From Gemmatimonas sp. (lineage in GTDB: Bacteria; Gemmatimonadota; Gemmatimonadetes; Gemmatimonadales; Gemmatimonadaceae): 64,000 nucleotides of DNA. Numbering within the stretch: position 1 is the first letter of the stretch; every line of letters starts with the position of its first letter. The stretch covers positions 1,024,001 to 1,088,000 of the forward strand of contig OZ257156.1 in NCBI GenBank assembly GCA_965279375.1. Reading direction: 5' to 3'. Shown piece after piece: positions 30,705-41,075 of the stretch. The translations under genes were made by a program, and so were the position numbers. The notes beneath the pieces were generated by a model. It had not been told where the DNA came from, made no database searches, and saw only the letters and a program-made list of their open reading frames with translations.

Positions 30705-33701
30705 TTATCGCGCGAGTTGTTGCTTGAGCGCCTTGAATGCGGCGATGCGCGTGGTCGCCGCTTGCACCATGGCATCCGTTGCTGGCGCATCACCATCCTG
30801 CAGCGCGTCGATCACCGCTTGGTATGTGGACGCGATGCCGCCAAAGCCCTGCGGACCTGCGAGATCGGTCTTCCCCTTGGCGCGTGCGCTGGCGGCGAGT
30901 GCCGGCGCTTCGAGCATCGCGTCGTAGAGTGCGACGGAGAGATCATGCTGCTGCTTGAGCGCGGCAAGTGGCGTTTTTACGCGCGGGTCCATGCGTACGG
31001 TGAAGGTCTGCGTCTGCACCGCACCATCCACCGTGAGTCGCGCCGTGTAGGTCCCCGGCATCACCCACGGTCCTTCGGGCTCGCACTTGGTGTTGTAGGG
31101 CGTCGCCGAGATGGGGAGCGAGCAGCTGTCGTTGGGGCGCGCGTAGTGCAGGTCCCACGTGAACCGCTGCAGGCCGGCCTTGGCGGACGGTGCAGCGGCT
31201 GGGCGGAACCAGTACCATGGCCAGTTGCCTGCGTCGGCGGGCGCGGGCGTCGGATCGGTGTTGGCGAAGGTCTGCAGGACGCGACCTGCGGCGTTGAGAA
31301 TCTCGAGCTTCACCGACTGCGCGTCGCGCGCGAGATAGTAGTCGATCATCGCGCCATCGGGCGGATTCTCGGCGCGCGGTTCATCCGGCGGTACCGGTGT
31401 GTCGGTGTACATCGAGTAGCGCACACGTGTCGCAACCGCAGGCGCAAACAGCGTGGCCGCGGCCGACTCGGTACTCCCCTTCCACTGCCGCAGCGCGGTG
31501 ATGTTGTCGAGAATCCAGAAGCCGCGGCCGTGCGTGCCGACAGCGATGTCATCGTCCTTGACGATCAGATCGCGAATGGAGATCGCCGGCATGTTGGCGC
31601 GCAGCGAGTGCCAGTGGTCGCCGTCGTCGAGGGAGAACCAGACCTGGTTTTCACTGCCGGCGTAGAGCAATCCCGGGCGCTTGGGATCTTCGCGCACGAC
31701 GTTGATCGGTGCATCGGTGGCGATGCCGTTCACGATCTCCGTCCACGTCTTGCCGCCGTCCTTGGTGCGGAAGATGTGCGGACGCAGGTCGTCGAGACGC
31801 AGCGTGTTGATGGCCGCGTACGCGGTGTTGGCGCTGGTGTGCGACGCGTCCATGATGGAGACCTTCCACCACGGTCCGATCTGCGGAGGCGTGACGTTGC
31901 TCCACGTCTTGCCGCCGTTGCGCGTGACGTGAATCAGGCCGTCGTCGGTGCCGGCCCAGATCGTGTTGGAGTCCACGTAGCTGGGCGCAACGGTGTACAC
32001 GACGCCGCGACGCGTGGGCTTGGCGGCGGGCGTGTTGGCGTACTTGCCAACGCTTGCCGGAACTTCCCACGTTTCGCGCGAGAGATCATCGCTGAGTCGC
32101 TTCCACGTGGTGCCGCCGTTCACCGTCTGCCACACCACGTTGGTGCCGTAGTAGAGTTTGCGCGGATTGATCGGCGAGAAGAGAATCGGCATCGTGCGCA
32201 CGCCGCGGAAATAGTCCGGGCCTGCTGCCGCACCACCGCCACGACCGCGTCCGACCACTGGACTCACGTTCTGCGTCTGTCCCGTGCGTCGATCGAAACG
32301 CGAAACGGTGCCACCGTAGAGAATGTCCGGATTGAGTGGATCGGGCGCGACGTAGCTGTATTCACTCGCACCGACCGGGCGCCAGTCGCGATAGGTGATG
32401 CTGCCGTCGTTGCCGCGGCTGTTCACGCAGGCGGAGCCTGATTCCTGCTGTCCGCCGCACACGCGATAGGGCCACGCGTTGTCTGCCGTGACGTGGTAGA
32501 ACTGCGCCGTGCCCTGATTGTACCACGAGCTCCACGTCTCGCCGTTGTTGACCGTGATCACCGCGCCCTGATCGGCGACGAGCAGCATCATCTCGGGGTG
32601 CAGCGGATTGATCCAGAGCCGTTGGTAGTCGTCACCGCCGGGCGCGCCGCGCAGCGACTTCCACGTGACACCACCGTCGGTGCTCTTCCACGCGACGACG
32701 TTCATCGAGTAGACGGTGTTGGGATCGTTCGGATGCACAGTGATCGCGGCAAAGTCGTCGCCGCGACCGAAGATGCGATTGTCGGACGTCGTGCGCGTCC
32801 ACGTTGCGCCAGCGTCGTCGCTCTTGTAGATGCCGCTCTTGGCGCCCGCCGTCGCCGTGATGTAGATGCGCCTGGGATTGCTGGGGCTCAAGCCAATGCC
32901 GATGCGACCGAGTCCATCGGCGGTGGTGGGCAAGCCGCCGGCGAGCTGTGTCCAGGTGGCACCACCGTCGGTGCTCTTGAACAGTCCCGAGTTGGGACCG
33001 CTCCATGCCGCGTTCTCCCACGGTCCCTGTCGCGCTTCCCAGAGCACCGCGTACACGGTGTTGGGATCGTCGGGCGAGAGCACGACATCGGCGCCGCCTG
33101 TGTTCTCGTCCTTGTACAGCACCTTCTCGAACGACTTGCCGCCGTTTAACGAACGGTAGATGCCGCGTTCGGTGTTGGGGCCGTACGGGTGGCCGAGCAC
33201 TGCAACGAACAGTCGATCGGGGTTCTTGGGATCGATGGCGATGCGCGGGATCTGCTGGCCATCGCGCAGTCCAAGATGCGTCCACGTCTTGCCGGCATCG
33301 TTGGAGCGATACATGCCATCGCCGGTGGAGAGATCGGGGCGCTGCAGTCCTTCACCGCTGCCGACATAGATGACGTTCGGATCGGACGGTGCGACTTCGA
33401 CGGCGCCAACCGAGCCGGTGGCCTGCGCATCGAAGATGGGATTCCACGTGCGCCCGGCGTCGTTGGTCTTCCAGACACCGCCGTTCGTGGCGGCCATGTA
33501 GAAGACGTTCGGTTGCGTGGGTACACCGACGGCGCTCTTGGTGCGACCGGCGCGGAAGGGTCCGATGTGTCGCCACTTGGGGCCGTGCATTGCAGCGGCC
33601 GGAAACGTGGCCTGCGCGATGGCGAGGCGCGGCGTGGTCGCAAAAGGGAGTGCGGCCGAGAACAGCAGCGCGGAGAGGACGGAGCGGCGGGTGCGGGGCA
33701 C
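30705..33701 (-). CDS. Secreted BNR/Asp-box (VPS10/sortilin-like) beta-propeller glycosyl-hydrolase-like protein
   Basis: WR.IGPFRAGR and many S/T.DGG.TW Asp-box repeats, GTHGRGFW; signal peptide. GTG start is tentative. Confidence 0.85.
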   Translation of the reverse strand: MPRTRRSVLSALLFSAALPFATTPRLAIAQATFPAAAMHGPKWRHIGPFRAGRTKSAVGVPTQPNVFYMAATNGGVWKTNDAGRTWNPIFDAQATGSVGAVEVAPSDPNVIYVGSGEGLQRPDLSTGDGMYRSNDAGKTWTHLGLRDGQQIPRIAIDPKNPDRLFVAVLGHPYGPNTERGIYRSLNGGKSFEKVLYKDENTGGADVVLSPDDPNTVYAVLWEARQGPWENAAWSGPNSGLFKSTDGGATWTQLAGGLPTTADGLGRIGIGLSPSNPRRIYITATAGAKSGIYKSDDAGATWTRTTSDNRIFGRGDDFAAITVHPNDPNTVYSMNVVAWKSTDGGVTWKSLRGAPGGDDYQRLWINPLHPEMMLLVADQGAVITVNNGETWSSWYNQGTAQFYHVTADNAWPYRVCGGQQESGSACVNSRGNDGSITYRDWRPVGASEYSYVAPDPLNPDILYGGTVSRFDRRTGQTQNVSPVVGRGRGGGAAAGPDYFRGVRTMPILFSPINPRKLYYGTNVVWQTVNGGTTWKRLSDDLSRETWEVPASVGKYANTPAAKPTRRGVVYTVAPSYVDSNTIWAGTDDGLIHVTRNGGKTWSNVTPPQIGPWWKVSIMDASHTSANTAYAAINTLRLDDLRPHIFRTKDGGKTWTEIVNGIATDAPINVVREDPKRPGLLYAGSENQVWFSLDDGDHWHSLRANMPAISIRDLIVKDDDIAVGTHGRGFWILDNITALRQWKGSTESAAATLFAPAVATRVRYSMYTDTPVPPDEPRAENPPDGAMIDYYLARDAQSVKLEILNAAGRVLQTFANTDPTPAPADAGNWPWYWFRPAAAPSAKAGLQRFTWDLHYARPNDSCSLPISATPYNTKCEPEGPWVMPGTYTARLTVDGAVQTQTFTVRMDPRVKTPLAALKQQHDLSVALYDAMLEAPALAASARAKGKTDLAGPQGFGGIASTYQAVIDALQDGDAPATDAMVQAATTRIAAFKALKQQLAR

Positions 33702-33784
33702 GGGAAGCTCGGAGTGTGGGTGATGTATACCGAGAATGTACGGCAACAGAAACGCGACCGCCGTCGGCTGCGCTGCGCTCGCCC

Positions 33785-36469
33785 CTACGTCCCCCTCGGC
33801 TTCGCCCTCCGCGTCGCTTCCGCCGTCAACGGATCGTCCGGCCACGGATGCCGCGGGTACCGCCCCCGCAGCTCCTTCCGCACCTCGAAGTACGAATTCT
33901 TCCAGAACCCCGCCAAATCCCGCGTCACCTGCACCGGACGCTGCGCCGGCGACAACAGATGCATCGTCAGCGGCACGCGCCCATCCAGCAGCATCGGCGT
34001 GCTCGTCCAGCCAAACACCTCCTGCAGCTTCACCGCCAGCACCGGCGCCGCCGGGTCGCTGTAGTCCAACGCCACCCGCGAACCACTCGGCACCTCCAAA
34101 TGCGTCGGCGCCAAGCGATCCAGCGTCGCGCGACGCTCCCAGCCCAGCAGGCCGAGCAACGCCTCGCTCCAGTCCACACGCTCGAGCTCCGCGAACTTGC
34201 GCATGCCATCGAGATGCGGCGCGAGCCAGTCGTCGAGCGTGGCCAGCAGTGCGTCGTCCGACACGTCCGGCCAGGACGCGTCGCTCGTGTGCATGAACGC
34301 GTGGACAAACGCGAGTCGCTCACGTACCCGAGTGCCGGACGCACTCCACGGCAATGCAGCGATTCCTTCGCGCGCGATGCCACGCGACAACGCCTGCTGC
34401 ACCAGCGCCGAGTCAGGGTCGCGCAGCGGAATATCTTCCAATGCGATCGCGCCCAGCATCACGCAGCGACGCGCGCGCACCGTTCGCGTGGCCTCGTGCC
34501 ACTCCACCACATCCTCTCGCGCGAGCTGATCGCCGAACGTCTGCATCACCTCGGCCAGCGACAGTGGCGCCGCACGCGCGATGCGGTACTCGGGCGGCGC
34601 CCCATCCAGCTCCGCCACGGCGAGAAACGGTTCGTCGCGCAGGGCATCATGCTTGGGGAGCGCCGCACCAAGTCCGCTCCGCAGCAAGTAGCGCGGCTCC
34701 GCTCCGGCGCGCCGCATCGCCACACGGTCGGGGAAGGCGAGAGCGAGCAGCGGTCCAACATTTAACGCGTCGTTGACGTCGGCGTCGGAAGCGCGTGCAC
34801 CATCGCGTACTGCATCGCGTGCACCACGCCCCTCGATGCGACGACGCAGTTCCTCGGCCAGCGTGCGCACACGAAACACGCCGTCCCGGTCCACACGGGC
34901 ACCAGCCAACAGCATCGCATCGTCGGCACCACCTCCGTGCCCACCACTTCCACTGCCGCCACGACGCAGCGCCTCCACTCGCAGCCGCATGTCGGCAGGC
35001 GCAGCGAAATCGCCGCGCGCAACATGCCCTCCGCCAAACCCGCTCCCGAACTCGCCGCGCAGCACGTCCCGCTCCTCGAGCAACGCCGCCACCTCCGCCC
35101 CCAACCGCGTCGCGCCCTGCGACTGTGCGCCCAGCAGCAGATGCGACAGACGTGGTTGCACCGGCAGCGCGACCATTCGCTTGCCATGTGGCGTGATGCG
35201 ACCGCTCGCGTCCGCAGACGTGAGCGCACCCAGCTGCGCGAGCAGCTCCCGCGCCTGCGCGAAGGGCCCGCCACGCGGTACGTCGAGCCATCGCAGTGCG
35301 GTGGGATCGGCGATCCCCGCATCGGCCAGCTCCAGCGCCAGTGGCACGAGATCGGCATCGACAATCTCGGGCCGAGTGCGCGGCATCAGCGCGTGCTCCT
35401 CGTGCGCATCCCACAGTCGATAGCAGCGCCCCGGCGCGACACGACCAGCGCGACCGCGGCGCTGATCGGCCGAGGCACGGCTGACCTTCACCGTTTCGAG
35501 GCGCGTGAGACCAGCGCGCGGATCGAAGCGCGGCAATCGCGACAACCCTGCATCGACCACCACGCGCACGCCTTCGATGGTTAAACTCGTCTCCGCCACG
35601 CTGGTGGACAGAACGATCTTGCGCGTGCCTGTGGGCGCGGGTGCAATGGCCGCGCTCTGGGCGGCCAACGGCATGGAGCCATGCAGCTGATGCACTACAA
35701 CACCTGCGCGATCCAGTCCGTCGTCGCCAGCGAGTCGCTCTCCAAAGCGACGCTGCTCTGCCGCGCCGGGAAGAAACACCAGCACATCGCCTTCGCTCTC
35801 GGCGACAGCCTCGCGGATCACTCGCGCAACATGCTGCTCCAGGCGATCGCCCGGCCGAGCCGGCCGATGCAACGTCTCCACAGTATAAGCGCGGCCGGCG
35901 CTGCGCACGACGGGCACGCTGTCGCGCGCGTTGTCACCAGCCAGCAACTGCGCGACGGCCACGCCATCGAGCGTCGCCGACATCACGAGAATGCGTAGAT
36001 CCTCGCGCAGCAACGCCTGCGTCTCGAGCACGAGCGCAAGTCCGAGGTCCGCCTGCAGCGAGCGTTCGTGGAACTCATCGAACAGCACGAGCCCATACAG
36101 TTCGAGCGCTCCGTCCGACGACAGCAGGCGCGTGAGCACACCCTCGGTGACCACTTCGATGCGCGTGCGCGCAGAGACGCGCGATTCGCCGCGCACGCGG
36201 TAGCCAACCGTTGCCCCGACCGACTCGCCAAGCGAGGCCGCCATGAAGTGCGCAGCGGAACGTGCGGCGAGCCGACGCGGCTCGAGCATGATGATGCGAC
36301 GGCCGGCGAGCCACGACTCATCCAGCAGGGCGAGCGGAACACGCGTCGTCTTGCCGGCACCCGGTGGCGCTTCGAGCACCGCGCTCGTGTGCTCAGCCAG
36401 CGCGAGCCGAAGCTCGGGCAGTACGTCGTCGATTGGTAGTGCGACTGCAGGTGCCACTGGGTGTACCAC
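33785..36469 (-). CDS. hrpB: ATP-dependent RNA helicase HrpB
   Basis: APPGAGKTT, EPRRLAAR, DEFHERS, MSATL, QR.GRAGR and C-terminal LLSPA.RPVQVT.DL.GFW...Y......RGRYPRH.WP. GTG overlaps the upstream TAG. Confidence 0.95.
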   Translation of the reverse strand: MVHPVAPAVALPIDDVLPELRLALAEHTSAVLEAPPGAGKTTRVPLALLDESWLAGRRIIMLEPRRLAARSAAHFMAASLGESVGATVGYRVRGESRVSARTRIEVVTEGVLTRLLSSDGALELYGLVLFDEFHERSLQADLGLALVLETQALLREDLRILVMSATLDGVAVAQLLAGDNARDSVPVVRSAGRAYTVETLHRPARPGDRLEQHVARVIREAVAESEGDVLVFLPGAAEQRRFGERLAGDDGLDRAGVVVHQLHGSMPLAAQSAAIAPAPTGTRKIVLSTSVAETSLTIEGVRVVVDAGLSRLPRFDPRAGLTRLETVKVSRASADQRRGRAGRVAPGRCYRLWDAHEEHALMPRTRPEIVDADLVPLALELADAGIADPTALRWLDVPRGGPFAQARELLAQLGALTSADASGRITPHGKRMVALPVQPRLSHLLLGAQSQGATRLGAEVAALLEERDVLRGEFGSGFGGGHVARGDFAAPADMRLRVEALRRGGSGSGGHGGGADDAMLLAGARVDRDGVFRVRTLAEELRRRIEGRGARDAVRDGARASDADVNDALNVGPLLALAFPDRVAMRRAGAEPRYLLRSGLGAALPKHDALRDEPFLAVAELDGAPPEYRIARAAPLSLAEVMQTFGDQLAREDVVEWHEATRTVRARRCVMLGAIALEDIPLRDPDSALVQQALSRGIAREGIAALPWSASGTRVRERLAFVHAFMHTSDASWPDVSDDALLATLDDWLAPHLDGMRKFAELERVDWSEALLGLLGWERRATLDRLAPTHLEVPSGSRVALDYSDPAAPVLAVKLQEVFGWTSTPMLLDGRVPLTMHLLSPAQRPVQVTRDLAGFWKNSYFEVRKELRGRYPRHPWPDDPLTAEATRRAKPRGT

Positions 36470-39162
36470 TACCGCTTGCGGCGCACGGGAGGATCGAGCT
36501 GCTGCAGCAGCCACTGCTGTGCGCGATCGATCACCTCGTCCTGTCCGTTGCGAATGCCGCGCACCGTCGGATGTACTTCGACAGCAGGCGTGATGCCGAT
36601 GCGTTGCACCTGTCCACCGTCAGCGCGACGGATCTCCAGCACAGGAATTCCCACGCTCAGCGCGCCCGGCAGTTCGAGCGTGCTGGCCGGCGACGCTGCG
36701 CCCGCGCTCGTGCTCCCGACAAACGTCACCGACGCCGCGCTTTCCAGTGCAATCGCAAGTCGCTCCATCGCTCCCTGTGTGCGCTCGTCGATCAACATCA
36801 CCACACGGCCACGATAGCGTCCCACAGTGTCCACCGTCATCCATCGCGCCTGCTGTACGCGTTCGTCGGCGCACTTGAGCGCGGCATCACGCAACGTGCC
36901 CACCAGGCATGGCGACGACTGCACCCGCTGCACTTCGCGCTGACGCACGAAGGTCGGTTGCGTGGCGAGCTGGCGCAGTACGAGCTCCGCGCGACGTTCG
37001 ACCATCTCGCTATTGCGTCCACCTGCGTCGGCACGGCCGTCGAGCACGAGGGCACGCATGCCGCGCATCGACTGCAGCGCGCTGTCGAGTTGCGCCGCGC
37101 TCAAACGTTCCAGGTCGATGTAGCCGATGCCGCCGTCGAGTCGGCGTACGGCGTTGGCGTCAGGACGTTGCACCGTTGGCAACAACGCCGCGTACGCGGC
37201 GCGGCGCGGCAACTCCACGCTGCGCTCCTTGTTTGACGCGTCGCGCAACTTGAACAGCGCACTACCCTCGGGACCGCGCGTGATCACGCGCATCTGTTCG
37301 CGCGTGCGTGTCCATTCATTGGACGTTGCGCCGATGCGACGATGCTCTGCCTGCCAAGCGGCCAGCGGAAAGCCATCGGCGGCGACGATCTCCGTGCCAC
37401 TCGTCAACGCGAGCATGCTCGACGCAGCGTCACGCACGACATCGGTGATGATCGCGCGCCCTTCAATGAAGCGCACACGAAACGGCGCGACGCTGGTGCC
37501 CAGCCACGTTTCCACCGAGGGTCCACGCAGCACGCCTTCGGCATCGTCGAGCGCGGTGGCCAGATCGCCAATGGCGACGGCGTACTGCTGCTCGTTACGC
37601 GCCGCCTCCAGTCGCGGAATCACACGCTCGAATACCGCGTCGAGATCTTCGTCGTACAGATCGCGATTGACATGGCGGGTGCGCATCGCGCTCCAGAGAC
37701 GGAAGCCCGCGAGAAGACGCGCGCCCATCGTTGGATAGTTCTGGTTGTCCATGCGCACAGGCAACGCGGCCGCAGCGACGTCTGACATGGGTGTACGCTT
37801 GGCGCGCGGCATGCGACCGTTGCGCAACAGCTGCAGCGCAGCGCGCAGTGCAGGCGTGCTGTCCGGCGCACTCACGCTATTGCCGGCGGTCATCGCCACG
37901 GTCGTATCGGCGATCAGTCCAATCGTGCCATCGGCGTGCTGCAGTTCACCGGTGCGAACGCGCACGACGTAGCCCGAAGCGAGCGGCAGACGCACGGTCG
38001 ATACGCCAGCAGCCGCGTCGAGCGCGAGCGGTTCCGACGGTGAGGCACTCTCTCCCACCAGCGTCGCCGTTCCCGACGAAATCAGCGCCAGCACAGCGCT
38101 CGGCAGCACCGATGCACCATTGGCCAGCACCACGACACGTCGCGCCTGATTTGCGCCCGCACCGGCCGGCACCATGGCAACGTCTCGACGCAGCCAACCA
38201 TCGACGCCCTCATCGAGCGTGCGACCGCTTCCGTCGCGACCTGGCAGCGCCGCACCGCCGCCCACCTGCCGTACACGCTCCGCAGGCGGCACGATTGCCA
38301 CGGAGGTCAGTGCGCGAGCCATCGCGGTGCGTACCGCGAACGCCTGCCAGCGCGCGAATGCCGCAGCGCCCACGTCGTCATTCGCAGCGCTTGCACCCGC
38401 AGGCCCGCGCATGTCGATCACCACGCGCAGTGGGTCGCGCGCGAGCGCTTGTCTGGTTACCGCGTCGTCCGTCGAGTCGAGGGCGGCGCCTATCGGCAGT
38501 CGCAGCACCAGCGTGCCATCCGCGGTGGTCTCCGCACGCACGCGCTCCGGTGCGATGGTGACCGACGCACCTTCGCGCTCGACGCGCGTGAGCGGATCGT
38601 TCAGCACGCGCAGGAGTTGCGTCACTTCGGAGGCGAGTCGCTCGGGGTCGGTCGCACTGCGAATGCCGGGGATCGCGCGGACCAGCGCCGAATCCCATGC
38701 CACGCCGCGCGATGCGACGTACGGATGGAACTGCGCGACCGTCTGCCAAAGCGTCGCCAGCGCACGCAATCGCTGGATTCCCGCGGAGTCGGAGGCAGTC
38801 GGCTCAGGCTCGACAGGAGTCGGCTCGACGGGCGGTGGTGCTGGTGCGGGCGCCGGTGGCGGCGCAGCATTCCTGCCGCGCGGTGTGCGAGCTGGTGGCT
38901 TGGGCGCCGGTTCCTTCACCGGCTCGGCCTTTGTCGGCTCGGTTGGCGGCGGCGTCTTGGGCTTGTCCGCCGGCTTCGCCGCTGGCTTGTCAGCTGGCGT
39001 CGCGGCGGGCTTGGCGGTCGTCGGCGTCGGCTCCTGCCCTTGCGGCGTCACCTTGAAGAAGCCGCTGCACCCTGCGCCGAGTAGTGGAAGCAGCAGGGCA
39101 AGCACTGGGAGCGTGCGCGACGTGGCGACCGGTGCGCGTCGCGTTGTTGAGTTGGGCGCCAT
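36469..39162 (-). CDS. S41/tail-specific-protease-like lipoprotein with Pro-rich N-terminal linker, probably catalytically degenerate
   Basis: Lipobox LGAG-C, PDZ-like segment, IGYI.L, LVLD.R, VG..SAGA and G.QVQRIGI.P motifs. The nucleophile position reads TQGAME. Confidence 0.7.
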   Translation of the reverse strand: MAPNSTTRRAPVATSRTLPVLALLLPLLGAGCSGFFKVTPQGQEPTPTTAKPAATPADKPAAKPADKPKTPPPTEPTKAEPVKEPAPKPPARTPRGRNAAPPPAPAPAPPPVEPTPVEPEPTASDSAGIQRLRALATLWQTVAQFHPYVASRGVAWDSALVRAIPGIRSATDPERLASEVTQLLRVLNDPLTRVEREGASVTIAPERVRAETTADGTLVLRLPIGAALDSTDDAVTRQALARDPLRVVIDMRGPAGASAANDDVGAAAFARWQAFAVRTAMARALTSVAIVPPAERVRQVGGGAALPGRDGSGRTLDEGVDGWLRRDVAMVPAGAGANQARRVVVLANGASVLPSAVLALISSGTATLVGESASPSEPLALDAAAGVSTVRLPLASGYVVRVRTGELQHADGTIGLIADTTVAMTAGNSVSAPDSTPALRAALQLLRNGRMPRAKRTPMSDVAAAALPVRMDNQNYPTMGARLLAGFRLWSAMRTRHVNRDLYDEDLDAVFERVIPRLEAARNEQQYAVAIGDLATALDDAEGVLRGPSVETWLGTSVAPFRVRFIEGRAIITDVVRDAASSMLALTSGTEIVAADGFPLAAWQAEHRRIGATSNEWTRTREQMRVITRGPEGSALFKLRDASNKERSVELPRRAAYAALLPTVQRPDANAVRRLDGGIGYIDLERLSAAQLDSALQSMRGMRALVLDGRADAGGRNSEMVERRAELVLRQLATQPTFVRQREVQRVQSSPCLVGTLRDAALKCADERVQQARWMTVDTVGRYRGRVVMLIDERTQGAMERLAIALESAASVTFVGSTSAGAASPASTLELPGALSVGIPVLEIRRADGGQVQRIGITPAVEVHPTVRGIRNGQDEVIDRAQQWLLQQLDPPVRRKR

Positions 39163-39187
39163 ATTGCAAAAGATACCACACCATTCG

Positions 39188-40363
39188 ATGACTGATCGCC
39201 TCTACTATACCGACGCCTACACGCATCGCTTCACCGCCACCGTCGTCGAACTCGCCGACGAGGGCCGCCGAGTGTATCTCGATCGCTCCGCGTTCTATCC
39301 CACCTCCGGAGGACAGCCGCACGATCTGGGCATGCTCGGCGGTGTGCCCGTGGTGGACGTGGTCGACAAAGAGGATCGTGTGGCGCACCTGCTGGCCGCG
39401 CCGCTTCAAGCGCCGGTCGGCGCGACGGTGGACTGTGTGATCGACAGCACGCGCCGCTTCGACAACATGCAGCAGCACACGGGACAACATCTGCTGTCTG
39501 CGCTTTTCGCCGATCAATACGGATGGCCGACGGTCAGCGTGCACTTCGGCGATGACTACTCGACAGTCGACATCGCCGGCACCGGCCTCGATATGGATCT
39601 GCTGCGCGACGTGGAGTCGCGGGCCAACGCACTCATCGTGGACAACCGCGACGTCACGGTGTCCTTCGAGGAGTCCGCCACCGCCACGGGACTCCGCAAG
39701 CCGAGCGATCGCGACGGGACGTTGCGCATCGTGACGATCGCGGGACTCGATCGGAGTGCCTGTGGTGGCACGCATGTGCAGCGCACCGGTGAGATCGGCA
39801 GCATGCTGCTGCGTCGCGCTGAACGCACCAAGGGCAACACGCGCGTGGAGTTTCTCTGCGGCACCCGCAGCGTCACGCGTGCGCGACTCGACGCGTGGTT
39901 GCTCACGCAAACGGCGCGCCTCTTCACCGCCGCGCCGGACGACGTGCCCGCACTCGTCGAGAAGCAGCAGCAACGCGTGCAGGAGCTGGAGCGCGAGAAC
40001 AAGCGGCTCGCCCTCGAACTCGCCGCGCACGACGCGCGGACTCGCTGGTCTGCCACCACGCCCAGCAGCGATGGAATCCGTCGCATACGTATCGCACTAC
40101 CCACCGGCGCCGTGCGCGACGTGGAGCCCTTGGCGCAGGCGATCACCGCGCTCGGCGGCTGCATGGTGCTGGTGACGGTCGAATCGCCTTCGGCGCTTAT
40201 GCTGGCCACCTCCGCCGACAGCGGTATCGACGCGGGCCCCGCTCTCAAGCCCGCGCTCGCGGCGGCTGGCGGACGCGGCGGCGGTTCACCACGACTCGCG
40301 CGGGGGAGCGTACCGGACGCGGCAGCACTCGCGTCGATCGCGTCCTCCTTCAGCTTCGACTGA
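39188..40363 (+). CDS. alaX: Alanyl-tRNA editing protein, AlaX-L type (with DHHA1 domain)
   Basis: T.RLYY.DAY, FYPTSGGQP.D.G, MQQHTGQHLLS, CGGTHV and C-terminal GGRGGGS. Confidence 0.88.
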   Translation: MTDRLYYTDAYTHRFTATVVELADEGRRVYLDRSAFYPTSGGQPHDLGMLGGVPVVDVVDKEDRVAHLLAAPLQAPVGATVDCVIDSTRRFDNMQQHTGQHLLSALFADQYGWPTVSVHFGDDYSTVDIAGTGLDMDLLRDVESRANALIVDNRDVTVSFEESATATGLRKPSDRDGTLRIVTIAGLDRSACGGTHVQRTGEIGSMLLRRAERTKGNTRVEFLCGTRSVTRARLDAWLLTQTARLFTAAPDDVPALVEKQQQRVQELERENKRLALELAAHDARTRWSATTPSSDGIRRIRIALPTGAVRDVEPLAQAITALGGCMVLVTVESPSALMLATSADSGIDAGPALKPALAAAGGRGGGSPRLARGSVPDAAALASIASSFSFD

Positions 40364-40410
40364 AGTCGCCAAGACTGAGCACGCCCACCCAACTCCTGGA
40401 GCACAACGAC

Positions 40411-40959
40411 ATGTCGGACTCGACGTCCATCTCCCGCCCCGCATCCACTGAGCACTCGACCTTTGCGCTCACGTACGTCGATGCGACGGCGCGAGCGCTT
40501 GCTGCCGCCGGCCACGACGACGTGGTCGCGTTGCTCGACACGCAGGTGACGCAGCTGCGCACGATGCTCTCGGAATCGTCCGTAACGGGATCGTTCGCGT
40601 ACGCGCCGGGCAAGTGGACGCTCTCCGAGTCGCTGCTGCATGTCGCGGACACGGAGCGCGTCTTCAGCTACCGACTCCTTCGCATCGCCCGGGGCGACCA
40701 GACGCCGCTCCCCGGCTTCGATCAGGACACTTGGGTGCCGAATAGCCGCGCCGGCGACCGATCGCTCGACAGCGTCCTCGCGGAGATCGACGCAGTCCGC
40801 AGTGCCACGCTCGCGCTGGTCCGATCGCTCGACGCTGAGGCCGTATCGGCGACCGGGACCGCCAGCGGTGCGACGGTCTCGGTCCGTGCGCTGGTGTGGA
40901 TGGTCGCTGGCCACTTCGCCCATCACCTCGATCTGACGCGCGATCGCTACCTCGCCTGA
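40411..40959 (+). CDS. DinB/YfiT-like family protein
   Basis: YAPGKWT..E...H..D.ERVF.YR.LRIARGD.TPLPGFDQD and GH..HH motifs; GGAG RBS. Confidence 0.9.
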   Translation: MSDSTSISRPASTEHSTFALTYVDATARALAAAGHDDVVALLDTQVTQLRTMLSESSVTGSFAYAPGKWTLSESLLHVADTERVFSYRLLRIARGDQTPLPGFDQDTWVPNSRAGDRSLDSVLAEIDAVRSATLALVRSLDAEAVSATGTASGATVSVRALVWMVAGHFAHHLDLTRDRYLA

Positions 40960-41075
40960 GCACGAGAGCGCGTATTCGTGGCTGACGTGCCCCGAGAGCG
41001 GCGCTAACTTTCCGACGCCGTGGCGCCCCGGGATTCGGGTTGCGCCGGCCCCTGACTGACGCCTCCGGAGCTCTC

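Noticed and set aside
30705..33701. Periodic repeats in the BNR protein and in the PD40 region (25800-27200) as a possible CRISPR or DNA repeat array
   Set aside because: The repeats are degenerate protein-level propeller motifs, not identical DNA repeats with spacers.
34750..35070. Gly-rich insertions within HrpB as a possible intein or mobile insertion
   Set aside because: Short low-complexity loops with no intein motifs (C/S start, HN end) and no terminal repeats.
38174..39187. Long N-terminal extensions in the ORF track (alaX from 38174, creatininase from 1752, PDT from 54140, TIGR03790 from 48243, photolyase from 47140)
   Set aside because: They overlap other real genes; recognisable homology begins at the later starts used here.
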